Assembly: GCA_964423445.1 (NCBI GenBank)
Contig: CAYREQ010000003.1
Coordinates: 821 to 64,820 of the forward strand
Reading direction: 5' to 3'
DNA: 64,000 nt
Source: an uncultured Candidatus Saccharibacteria bacterium
Lineage (GTDB): Bacteria > Patescibacteriota > Minisyncoccia > Phycocordibacterales > UBA9973
Shown here: positions 9,354-17,632 of the stretch, in pieces
Layout: each line of letters begins with the position of its first letter
How positions within the stretch are numbered: the stretch's first letter is position 1
Notes under the pieces: model-generated
The model's database searches: none
Told to the model about the DNA's origin: nothing
The model's input: the letters and a program-made list of their open reading frames with translations, nothing else
Position numbers and translations under genes: made by a program

Positions 9354-10225
9354 TACAAAGGCTTTCTAAAAACTACAATAAAAGAACAATTCTGGTTGCT
9401 GTAAAAAACACTTGGGTAACCTAGAAGCACTAAACTTCTCTGGGCATTTTGATTCCATACAATCAAATCTTGATAAAGCCATCCTGCTTCTTTACCTACA
9501 TTTGCCAAATCAGAATGAAAATCAATATATGGAATCTTGTTTTTTGTGTCTCTATAATCTTTTACTACCCACACGCTATACCCACCCTTTTTTGTTATTA
9601 TTAAATTGTCTTCTAGAATTGATTTAATTTCCTTAAGAAAACTTCTGTAATCCAGATTGCCAAAATCCTCTAACTTTTTACTATACTGTTTAACGGTTGA
9701 GTTATTAGCATATTTAATAAGTGAAGTTTTGTGGGTATTTTTTCTATCCTTTAAAGATCTTTGAATAAAGTTAGCGTATGGAGGAGAAGTAAAAGTGAGC
9801 TGCACTGAATCTTTTTTTAAATATTTTTTCATATTACGACAATCATCATTGTAGATTTTATGAAAAATTTTATTTTTCAATTGACTAAAAAGATTTTTCT
9901 TTTCTTTATTTAAGACACTTTTAGCAATTTCATAAAATCTTTCATTTAATTCTATTCCTACTCCTGATCGCTTTTGCATACAAGCACTAGTAACCGTTGT
10001 TCCAACACCAACAAAAGGATCAAAAATTAAATCCCCTTCTTTTGAATACATTTTTATTACTCTGTCTGCAAGTGCAATTGGATAAGTTGCTCCATGTTCT
10101 CGGTGGTAAGACTCTCTTTGAGAGCTTACATCATCCCAAACATTCCTACTCAATAAAGTCCATTCTCTAGGACTTAAACCATTAAAAGATCGTTCTTGTT
10201 TTTTATTTATATCTTTTTTATTCAT
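9353..10225 (-). CDS. DNA amino-methyltransferase (N4-C/N6-A)
   Basis: HGATYP, DPFVGVGTT, FTSPPY; stop overlaps next start (TAATG). Confidence 0.9.
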   Translation of the reverse strand: MNKKDINKKQERSFNGLSPREWTLLSRNVWDDVSSQRESYHREHGATYPIALADRVIKMYSKEGDLIFDPFVGVGTTVTSACMQKRSGVGIELNERFYEIAKSVLNKEKKNLFSQLKNKIFHKIYNDDCRNMKKYLKKDSVQLTFTSPPYANFIQRSLKDRKNTHKTSLIKYANNSTVKQYSKKLEDFGNLDYRSFLKEIKSILEDNLIITKKGGYSVWVVKDYRDTKNKIPYIDFHSDLANVGKEAGWLYQDLIVWNQNAQRSLVLLGYPSVFYSNQNCSFIVVFRKPL

Positions 10226-10315
10226 AATTTTATATAGAAAATATCAGGCTAAAAACTTCAAAAAGTATAGCATTTTAATGCCAATATTTAAAGCATTATA
10301 TTTATATGATTGTTC

Positions 10316-10531
10316 CTACACTAACTTTTTGAGTTCGGCTTCGTATTTTTTCATGACTAGCATGCCGGCGTCGGTCTGGCTCATGCCAGACTTTACCTTT
10401 TCTTGCACTTCTTCAGCAATCTTTTTGAAAAGCTCTGGATTTTTCTCCATCATAGCCACAAACATATCTATCTGTGCCTCCGGCACACCTTTGGCCTTCA
10501 GCATCTTTTTAAGTAAAAAATTTTGAAACAT
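10316..10531 (-). CDS. Small helical hypothetical protein
   Basis: Host-like codon usage, -10 TGaTATAAT just upstream. Confidence 0.65.
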   Translation of the reverse strand: MFQNFLLKKMLKAKGVPEAQIDMFVAMMEKNPELFKKIAEEVQEKVKSGMSQTDAGMLVMKKYEAELKKLV

Positions 10532-10577
10532 AGTCCAATGATTATATCACCCCAAACAATTCTCCACAAATCCACCC

Positions 10578-10627
10578 CAAAGCTACTTTACTCAGCTAAA
10601 GTACTTTAGTTGAATAAAGTAGCTTTG
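10578..10627. repeat. 50-bp near-perfect palindrome built of two overlapping TACTTTA-N6-TAAAGTA units
   Basis: caaagctactttactcagctaaagt|actttagttgaataaagtagctttg, two arm differences. Confidence 0.8.
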
Positions 10628-11163
10628 TATTTTGAAAATAAAATCTTGCCCCAGACGAGTAGCAAGAGCACATAGTTTGTAATCATGAACCATTGATTGC
10701 TCCACTGGATACCATATGCAAATTTGTAATCAGATAAAGGGAAGAGAAATGGTGTCGGGAAAAATGCTATCACATGCGTCGGAATATCTATGAGTATGTG
10801 CAGAGCCCAACCAAAGAGCTCATAGCGAGGACGCTTGAAAATAACCCACACCACCAAAAACACAAAAGCCCATATCACGAGCGAGTGGCTGTAATTGTAT
10901 AGATTGAGCGCGAGATCAAAACCATTTTGATATTCTCCTTCCACCATCGCTGGCTTTCCAAAGAAAGAAGCTCCACCTGTGCCGGACAAAACATAATAGA
11001 AACGAAGTATAAAAGGAATAGTAAAAGCAAATAAATCTGGAAACACTCCCCAAAATCCTGTCCACATTGGATTAATGTGAAATTTATTATTTTCTTTTTC
11101 AGCTAAAGCATTTGCTCCCCTAGCGCCAGCATTTGCCCAAAGTGTATGTGCGAGTATATCCAT
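10606..11163 (-). CDS. Membrane-bound metal-dependent hydrolase (YdjM-like)
   Basis: H at N-terminus, FPDL, SHSL, LHILID motifs with TM segments. Confidence 0.75.
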   Translation of the reverse strand: MDILAHTLWANAGARGANALAEKENNKFHINPMWTGFWGVFPDLFAFTIPFILRFYYVLSGTGGASFFGKPAMVEGEYQNGFDLALNLYNYSHSLVIWAFVFLVVWVIFKRPRYELFGWALHILIDIPTHVIAFFPTPFLFPLSDYKFAYGIQWSNQWFMITNYVLLLLVWGKILFSKYKATLFN

Positions 11164-11217
11164 TTATTTTTATATTATTATTTATAAATTTTTTTCGTAG
11201 ATTACATTATAACCTTT

Positions 11218-11601
11218 TTAGCGATACAAGTGTGCTGTACGCCTTAGCTCAGCTCGAATATTTTTATGGTCTGGCACGACCCTAGCCACCAAATTCCAGA
11301 AATTTACCGAATGATTAAATTCTTTCAAATGGCAGAGCTCGTGCACGATAATATAATCCGCAATATGTGGTGGTAAAAATAAAACTTTATAATTAAAATT
11401 CAAATTGCCACTCTTTGAACAGCTACCCCAGCGAGATTTTGTGTCTCGGATAGATACCCTGCCCACAGAAAAACCATAATATTTATTTAGCTCATGTATC
11501 TTTTGGTGTACCAAAGCTCGGGCATTTTCTTTTTCTCTTTTATAGTCCCACCTAGTATATTTTTTCCGGGTGAATAATTTTAAAATTGAATTCGCTCGCA
11601 T
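11218..11601 (-). CDS. YgjP/DUF45-like metallopeptidase-domain protein, copy 2
   Basis: KSRWGSCS, HELCH; near-identical to 4744..5130. Confidence 0.85.
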   Translation of the reverse strand: MRANSILKLFTRKKYTRWDYKREKENARALVHQKIHELNKYYGFSVGRVSIRDTKSRWGSCSKSGNLNFNYKVLFLPPHIADYIIVHELCHLKEFNHSVNFWNLVARVVPDHKNIRAELRRTAHLYR

Positions 11602-11638
11602 AGGAGAATCTTAACATACAAACAAATACAAGTGAGAA

Positions 11639-11671
11639 ACCGCCTGTGGGACGCGGAGTCCCACAGGCGGT
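11639..11671. terminator. GC-rich 14-bp perfect hairpin (terminator or REP-like)
   Basis: accgcctgtgggac-gcgga-gtcccacaggcggt abutting the stop of 11671..12048. Confidence 0.7.
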
Positions 11672-12048
11672 CATGATGATACTCGATAATTAGGGGTTAT
11701 CATTACGGTCCCCCTTTCATCTTCAAGGCCGGCGATTTGACGACAGATAAGCTTGTTCGTCTTCCAAAGATGAGCCCATTTTTCGGTAAACTTCTTATGA
11801 AGCTCCTGTTTATAGCTATCTTTGAAAATTGCCCAATGATTCTCATCTTTGGGGGTTAGTGTGTACCGGATGACTTCCATGTGTTTTTCGTCGAAGCTTT
11901 CTAGGTCGACAAGCTTTTTGTATCCGACGAAAAAACAATTGGTTTCTTGGAGTGCGGAAAGATATTCTTTTTCTACCCACTCCTGAAAAGGGGCACTATC
12001 ACCAGAAGCGACAGCAAACGTTAAGGCAAATATAAATGTACCGTTCAT
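11671..12048 (-). CDS. Hypothetical protein, DUF4286-like
   Basis: F..TF.V......F.EW....YL.....T..F pattern; GAGGAG RBS; higher GC than neighbours. Confidence 0.5.
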   Translation of the reverse strand: MNGTFIFALTFAVASGDSAPFQEWVEKEYLSALQETNCFFVGYKKLVDLESFDEKHMEVIRYTLTPKDENHWAIFKDSYKQELHKKFTEKWAHLWKTNKLICRQIAGLEDERGTVMITPNYRVSS

Positions 12049-12131
12049 AACATCTCCTCGTGACCTTGGTCACATATTTAAAAAAATAGGAACTAAAACT
12101 ATCTTCGTTATACCACATAAACACAAAAAAG

Positions 12132-12153
12132 CTACTTTAGTATACTAAAGTAG
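12132..12153. repeat. Perfect 22-bp palindrome CTACTTTAGTATACTAAAGTAG
   Basis: Same TACTTTA-N6-TAAAGTA unit as 10578..10627. Confidence 0.8.
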
Positions 12154-12176
12154 GTCTGTGAAAATATATATAAAAA

Positions 12177-12398
12177 TTAATCTTCTACCACCACCAACTT
12201 GCTCGGGTGGTGATGCCCGTTTACTATACGGACTTTTTTTACCGAGACTTTAAAATGCTCGGCTACTAGCTCTACTACCCTAGTATTTGCCCTATTCATC
12301 TCAGCTTTTTCTTTTACGGAAATTTCAAAATGATCCGTGGATTTTTCTTTCCAAATTTCTTTTTTCGCTCCTGCGGTGACTTTGACATGAATATACAT
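12177..12398 (-). CDS. DUF167 (YggU) family protein
   Basis: VKV.A.AK, ISVKEKA..NRAN, IVNG....K. Confidence 0.85.
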   Translation of the reverse strand: MYIHVKVTAGAKKEIWKEKSTDHFEISVKEKAEMNRANTRVVELVAEHFKVSVKKVRIVNGHHHPSKLVVVED

Positions 12399-12400
12399 CT

Positions 12401-12889
12401 CTATTTTAGATAACTATCAAAATAAATAGCATGGCAAGTATAACCACCTGGATTTTTTTGTAAATAATCCTGATGATAATCCTCGGCTAAATAAAATTTT
12501 CCTAGTGGCTCGAGTGTAGTCACTACAGGATTAGGCCAGCGTCCAGATTTATTTACTATATCTATAAAATTTTCTGCCTCAGCCTTTTCTTCTTCATTTC
12601 CATAGAAAATAGCCGAGCGATAAGATGTGCCTATATCATTTCCCTGCCTATTTAGAGTAGTCGGATTGTGAATTTGAAAAAAGAAATCTAGCAACTTTTT
12701 ATAAGAAGTTTTTTCATCGTCATATTCTATCTCCACTGCTTCAGCGTGGCCTTCGTGATTTTGATAAGTCGGGTTTTCTACACTGCCCCCTGTATAGCCG
12801 ACTTTTGTATCTATTACACCTTCTTGTTTACGGATAAGCTCCTCCAAACCCCAAAAACATCCCCCAGCCAATACTATTTTTTTAGTCAT
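12401..12889 (-). CDS. msrA: Peptide-methionine (S)-S-oxide reductase
   Basis: [37 protein letters not shown]. Confidence 0.95.
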   Translation of the reverse strand: MTKKIVLAGGCFWGLEELIRKQEGVIDTKVGYTGGSVENPTYQNHEGHAEAVEIEYDDEKTSYKKLLDFFFQIHNPTTLNRQGNDIGTSYRSAIFYGNEEEKAEAENFIDIVNKSGRWPNPVVTTLEPLGKFYLAEDYHQDYLQKNPGGYTCHAIYFDSYLK

Positions 12890-12915
12890 ATAATGATTAT
12901 ATCTTAATTAATAAT

Positions 12916-13887
12916 TTACTTTTTTTCACATTCTTTTTTCAAAGCCTCCATATCAGCCGAAGTAAGAGTCATATTTTCACTTTGATTTAATTCATACATT
13001 ATAGCTTTTGGATCAGACACATGCTCCAAGCCTAGTGAATGCCCGAGCTCATGAGCCAGCACTCGTACCAATTTTGTCCTATCACTAAATTCATATATAT
13101 CTATCTCGCTTTTAAGCCCATCACTCACATATAATCCTTCTTCAAAAGTTTCTCCGCGGGAGACATTTACAGTATTGTATTTATCTACTGATAAATTTAG
13201 AGTATTGATGAGACGATTCAAGACTACGACGAGAGCATTTATCTCATCAGCTTTTTCATTTAAATTATTTTGTAAAACTTTTATTTGATTTGATTCTTTG
13301 TCCAAGGAGGATTGAGTAGCTACTAATTTTTCATATTCTCCTTCGGGTGCTCCTCCCCTCTTGTTCCAATAGTCTACATCTCGCTCGTAGGCACTTTGTT
13401 TTTGATTAAAAGATTCTACTTTTCTATTAAAACTTATCTTTTCTTGCTCATACTCAGACTCGAGAGAGTCTAATTTTATTTTGAGTGATTCATATGAAGC
13501 TCTGGTATTTTCTACGGCAATTCCTAGATTTGAAAGTTTTTTTGTGGCTTGCTGTCTGTAGTCATAGACTAGATTGATCTTCAAAGTATCGGTAGCGGTA
13601 TCAAATTCTTTATATTCAAATAATTCTTTGCCATATGGTTTTTCCCAGATTTTCTCAGCCTCAGCGAGAGCACTCAAAAAATATTCTTGTGAGATTCCAA
13701 ATTTGTTATCAAAATTACCAATATTGTATGGTATCGGCTCTACGCAAGGATTCAAGCTAGAGCTCAAATGTAAAAATTTTCTTATTTGATCTATTTGTGG
13801 CCGAAATTGTCTATTTAATTCAAAACGAAAATGAAAAGCTACAGCAAAAATACCCACTATCAATATTGTCTGCAAAAGCTTTTTCAT
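12916..13887 (-). CDS. Matrixin-family zinc metalloprotease with coiled-coil insert
   Basis: HELGHSLGLEH + Met-turn (AIMY); start moved to MKKLLQ (TATAAT upstream, signal-like N-terminus). Confidence 0.85.
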   Translation of the reverse strand: MKKLLQTILIVGIFAVAFHFRFELNRQFRPQIDQIRKFLHLSSSLNPCVEPIPYNIGNFDNKFGISQEYFLSALAEAEKIWEKPYGKELFEYKEFDTATDTLKINLVYDYRQQATKKLSNLGIAVENTRASYESLKIKLDSLESEYEQEKISFNRKVESFNQKQSAYERDVDYWNKRGGAPEGEYEKLVATQSSLDKESNQIKVLQNNLNEKADEINALVVVLNRLINTLNLSVDKYNTVNVSRGETFEEGLYVSDGLKSEIDIYEFSDRTKLVRVLAHELGHSLGLEHVSDPKAIMYELNQSENMTLTSADMEALKKECEKK

Positions 13888-13988
13888 ATTTTCTATTATA
13901 CTAGATAAAATGAGAAAATCCGCCACCACGAATCTCCTCGTTGGTTGCGGATTGTATTTTTTATCATTGCTGGTGGGCAATGATTGTT

Positions 13989-14177
13989 TTATTTTGATTT
14001 TTTTTCTTTTCCTACCTCCTTTTCAGCGTAGTAGATGATCTCAATGAGCGTCCCTTCCACGACGTGAGGTGGGTTGCTTATTTTGAAATCATCAGGTGCT
14101 ATGTCACCCTCATTTAGAAAAGCCACAAGAGCGTCATTGTTCGCGAATGACGCTGTAAACCATTTTTTCATGAACAT
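13989..14177 (-). CDS. Small hypothetical protein
   Basis: GGAGGG RBS, TGtTATAA -10-like element, downstream GC hairpin at about 13918-13952. Confidence 0.55.
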   Translation of the reverse strand: MFMKKWFTASFANNDALVAFLNEGDIAPDDFKISNPPHVVEGTLIEIIYYAEKEVGKEKKSK

Positions 14178-14244
14178 ATGTTCAAAATCCCTCCGTGTTG
14201 TTTATAACACAATTTTAGAAAAAATCAAGATATTATAGAAAATT

Positions 14245-15228
14245 TTATTTTTGAGTGAGAGTGTATCTATCCAAGATAGCTTCAAACATAAGTGGAGCTA
14301 CGATAGTGGCGTCGGACTCTATCACAAACATAGGGGTCTCTGCGGTGAGCTTGTCCCAAGTAATTTTTTCATTTGGTGTAGCTCCTGAGTATGAACCATA
14401 AGAAGTAGTGGAGTCTGAAATCTGGCAGAAATATCCCCAAGGGCGGACTTCTTTTTTCAAATCATATTTTATAGATGGCACTACGCAGATTGGAAAATCT
14501 CCTGAAATTCCTCCACCAATTTGGAAAAATCCGAGCCCTGGACCGTCTTTTGCGAGCTCTTGGTATGAATCATAAAGTGACATCATATATTCTACCCCTG
14601 TCTTCATGACTGTAGGGCTCACTTCCCCTGCCTTACAATAACCAGCGAAAATATTTCCTAGTGTAGAGTCTTCCCAACCTGGGACGACTATTGGTAAATT
14701 TTTCTTTGCAGCTTCGAGTAGCCAGCAGTGCTCTGGGTTTCCTTCGTATTTACCTTTTAATTCATCAGATAAAAGTATCTGGTAAAAATATTCGTGTGGA
14801 AAATAACGCTCACCTTTTTCTTGTGCTTCACGCCACTTTTTTAAAATGATTGGCTCTACTACACGAAAAGCTTCTTCTTCGGGTATAGATGTATCTGTGA
14901 CTCGTCTCTCACCGCGCTCGAGTATCGCCACATCATCTTCTTTTGTAAAATATCTGTAGTCTGGGTAATCTTTGTAGCTATTGTGCGCTACTAATCTAAA
15001 TACTGATTCCTCCAAGTTTGCACCGGTGCAAGAAATGGCATGAATCTTGTTTTCTTTTATCATGGCAGCCAACGTCACACCCATTTGTGCCGAACTCATA
15101 GCTCCACCCATGGCTAGCATCATCTTGCCTCCATCGTCTAGGTGTTTTTTAAAAGCGATAGTAGCATCCTTCATCGCTCGAGAATTAAAATTATGGAATA
15201 AAGTTTTAAATAAATCTAATATATTCAT
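14245..15228 (-). CDS. Deoxyhypusine synthase-like protein
   Basis: GAMSSA, CTGANLEE, DSTLGN, IGGGISGDF, YSGATPNEKITW.K, SDATIVAP. Confidence 0.9.
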   Translation of the reverse strand: MNILDLFKTLFHNFNSRAMKDATIAFKKHLDDGGKMMLAMGGAMSSAQMGVTLAAMIKENKIHAISCTGANLEESVFRLVAHNSYKDYPDYRYFTKEDDVAILERGERRVTDTSIPEEEAFRVVEPIILKKWREAQEKGERYFPHEYFYQILLSDELKGKYEGNPEHCWLLEAAKKNLPIVVPGWEDSTLGNIFAGYCKAGEVSPTVMKTGVEYMMSLYDSYQELAKDGPGLGFFQIGGGISGDFPICVVPSIKYDLKKEVRPWGYFCQISDSTTSYGSYSGATPNEKITWDKLTAETPMFVIESDATIVAPLMFEAILDRYTLTQK

Positions 15229-15265
15229 ATGTACAGTATATAATAAGTCCCCTAAAAATAGAAGC

Positions 15266-15291
15266 GGGCAATCGACAAATGTCGATTGCCC
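15266..15291. repeat. Perfect GC-rich hairpin GGGCAATCGACA-AA-TGTCGATTGCCC (terminator/REP-like)
   Basis: Directly visible inverted repeat; minus strand followed by a T-rich tract. Confidence 0.65.
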
Positions 15292-15500
15292 AGGGGTAGG
15301 ATTGGTATTGCGGTAGTTGGCAGAGGGGCTGTGTGCGAAGAGATATAAAATCTCCTCAAAAATGTTGGAATCCTAGAATGAACTAAGACCTATATTTATT
15401 ATATTCCTTTTAAAACATAGGCAATACCCTAAACTGTGCATAACTTTTATATATTAAGGCTATTTGCCTTTTAATGCTAAATATGCAATAATGGGTCTAT

Positions 15501-15743
15501 ATGAATCTAGTAGTGAACATTCTGCCATACGCGCAGATTATCCTTTCAGTAATATTGGTAACAGCTATAATGCTCCAGCAATCTGGTGCAGGTTTGGGTG
15601 GTGCTCTAGGAAGTGGCGATACTGGCAGTTTTCATCATACTCGCCGAGGTTTTGAAAAGTTTCTTTTTTACTTGTCTATAATTTGTGGAATTCTTTTTGC
15701 TCTATTTGCTTTTTTGTCTATCGTACTCAAAGCAAATATCTAA
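15501..15743 (+). CDS. secG: Preprotein translocase subunit SecG
   Basis: IMLQQSGAGLGGALG...RRGFEKFL, two TM helices. Confidence 0.9.
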   Translation: MNLVVNILPYAQIILSVILVTAIMLQQSGAGLGGALGSGDTGSFHHTRRGFEKFLFYLSIICGILFALFAFLSIVLKANI

Positions 15744-15769
15744 AACTCTCCATAAAAAATTAATCTTCT

Positions 15770-17575
15770 ATGTCAAAGCTCTATAATCTTATACGTGGCT
15801 TAAAAATTATTCAAAAATTGCCTTCAAAAAAAGAAATAAATTCTGCTTTTTTTTCTTTTTCTAAAAAAGAGCGAGTGGTCTTTTCTGTGCTTTTTTTGAC
15901 CTTGATAGTGAGCACACTATTAATATTGAATACTATAAATAGGCATTTCATGGTGACTGTACCAATGTACGGTGGATCTATCTCTGAAGGTATCTTGGGT
16001 ACTCCCCGCTTTATAAATCCAGTATTAGCTATTTCTGATGCAGACCAAGATATGGTGGCACTCATATATTCTGGACTAATGCGAAAAGCTCCAGACGGAA
16101 GCTTGATACCTGATTTGGCAGAAAAATATGAAATTTCAAAAGATGGTCTTACTTATACTTTTACACTAAAAGAAAATATAACTTTTCATGACAATAAGCC
16201 TGTGACAGTAGATGACATAATCTTTACCATAGAGACAGCCAAGGACTCTATTCTGAAAAGCCCACAAAAGGCAAACTGGGACGGAGTCACTGTGACAAAA
16301 ATAGATGAAAAGACTATAGAATTTAAATTGAGACAACCCTTCTCATCATTTTTAGAAAATACGACAATAGGTATAATGCCAGCACATCTATGGAGAGACA
16401 CTCCAGTAGAACTAAATACTATAAACACAGAACCTATAGGCTCTGGGCCCTATATGGTAAATAGCGTCGGTAAGCAATCTTCTGGTTTGATAGATGGCTA
16501 TGAATTAAAAGCTTTTAAAAATTTTACACTAGGAAAACCGTACATTCAAAATTTGAGTTTACATTTTTATTCAAATGAAGATGCCCTCATTACTGCTGTA
16601 GAAAATAATGAAATAGACCAAGTAGGATCTATCACTCCATCTAATGCAGAGGTATTGAAAGAAAAAGGATATAGAATAGAATCAGCTGTCTTACCTAGGG
16701 TGTTTGGACTTTTCTTTAACCAAAATGAAAACCAGCTTTTTGTAAATAAGACAATAATCAATGCGATAAACCAAGCAATAGATAAAGACAGAATAATCAA
16801 TGAAGTCCTTGCAGGATATGGAGTAGCTATAGATGATCCTATACCACCAAATATGGTGCAGTATCAAAAATTAAATAGTAGCAATAATACTTCACGTGAA
16901 GAAACAATACAGAAAATACAAGCCAGTCTGACAAAAGATGGCTGGACAAAAAATGCCGAAGGATTTTTTGAGAAAACTTCACAAGAAAAAAAGACTACAA
17001 AAAATTCTAAAGGAAAGACTGTGACCACTGTCGGCAAAAAGACTACAAATGTTTTAGAATTTTCAATATCTACTGGTGATGCTCCGGAGCTAAACAAAGC
17101 AGCTCTTTTAATAAAACAGGACTTAGCAGAAATAGGCATAAAGGTTGATGTGCAAACTTTTGAAGTAAATAGTCTAAACAATGATGTAATACGTCCACGC
17201 AAATATGACGCTTTACTTTTTGGAGAAATTATAAACAAAGAATCTGATCTATATGCTTTCTGGCATTCTTCTCAGAGACGTGACCCAGGGTTAAACGTAG
17301 CTATGTATACAAATGCAACTGTAGACAAAGTACTGGAAGACGCTTTTGTGACCATAGATAGAGAAGCTAGAATCAAAAAATATGTTCAATTTGAAAATGA
17401 GATAAAGAAAGACATGCCTGCGGTTTTTCTTTACACTCCCAATTTTATATACTTAGTGTCACCAGATTTGATGGGATTGTCTATGGACCATATCACCTTC
17501 CCTTCTAATAGATTTTTAAATGTATATTCTTGGTATACAGAAAAATATAATGTTTGGAGAATATTTGCAAAATAA
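15770..17575 (+). CDS. Peptide ABC transporter substrate-binding protein (family 5)
   Basis: GG.I.EG, PDLAEKY..S.DG.TYTF.L, FHD..PVT.DD, PIGSGPY; no permease genes adjacent. Confidence 0.9.
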   Translation: MSKLYNLIRGLKIIQKLPSKKEINSAFFSFSKKERVVFSVLFLTLIVSTLLILNTINRHFMVTVPMYGGSISEGILGTPRFINPVLAISDADQDMVALIYSGLMRKAPDGSLIPDLAEKYEISKDGLTYTFTLKENITFHDNKPVTVDDIIFTIETAKDSILKSPQKANWDGVTVTKIDEKTIEFKLRQPFSSFLENTTIGIMPAHLWRDTPVELNTINTEPIGSGPYMVNSVGKQSSGLIDGYELKAFKNFTLGKPYIQNLSLHFYSNEDALITAVENNEIDQVGSITPSNAEVLKEKGYRIESAVLPRVFGLFFNQNENQLFVNKTIINAINQAIDKDRIINEVLAGYGVAIDDPIPPNMVQYQKLNSSNNTSREETIQKIQASLTKDGWTKNAEGFFEKTSQEKKTTKNSKGKTVTTVGKKTTNVLEFSISTGDAPELNKAALLIKQDLAEIGIKVDVQTFEVNSLNNDVIRPRKYDALLFGEIINKESDLYAFWHSSQRRDPGLNVAMYTNATVDKVLEDAFVTIDREARIKKYVQFENEIKKDMPAVFLYTPNFIYLVSPDLMGLSMDHITFPSNRFLNVYSWYTEKYNVWRIFAK

Positions 17576-17632
17576 TAAATTTTACTAAACACATAGTCTT
17601 TGACTAAAATTAAAAATAACGAAAAATAAATT

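Noticed and set aside
13888-13980. N-terminal extension of matrixin ORF
   Set aside because: Covers a hairpin and promoter; signal-like N-terminus begins at 13887
15770-17575. Orphan OppA next to secG as a novel system
   Set aside because: Permeases may lie elsewhere and nothing in the sequence links it functionally to SecG
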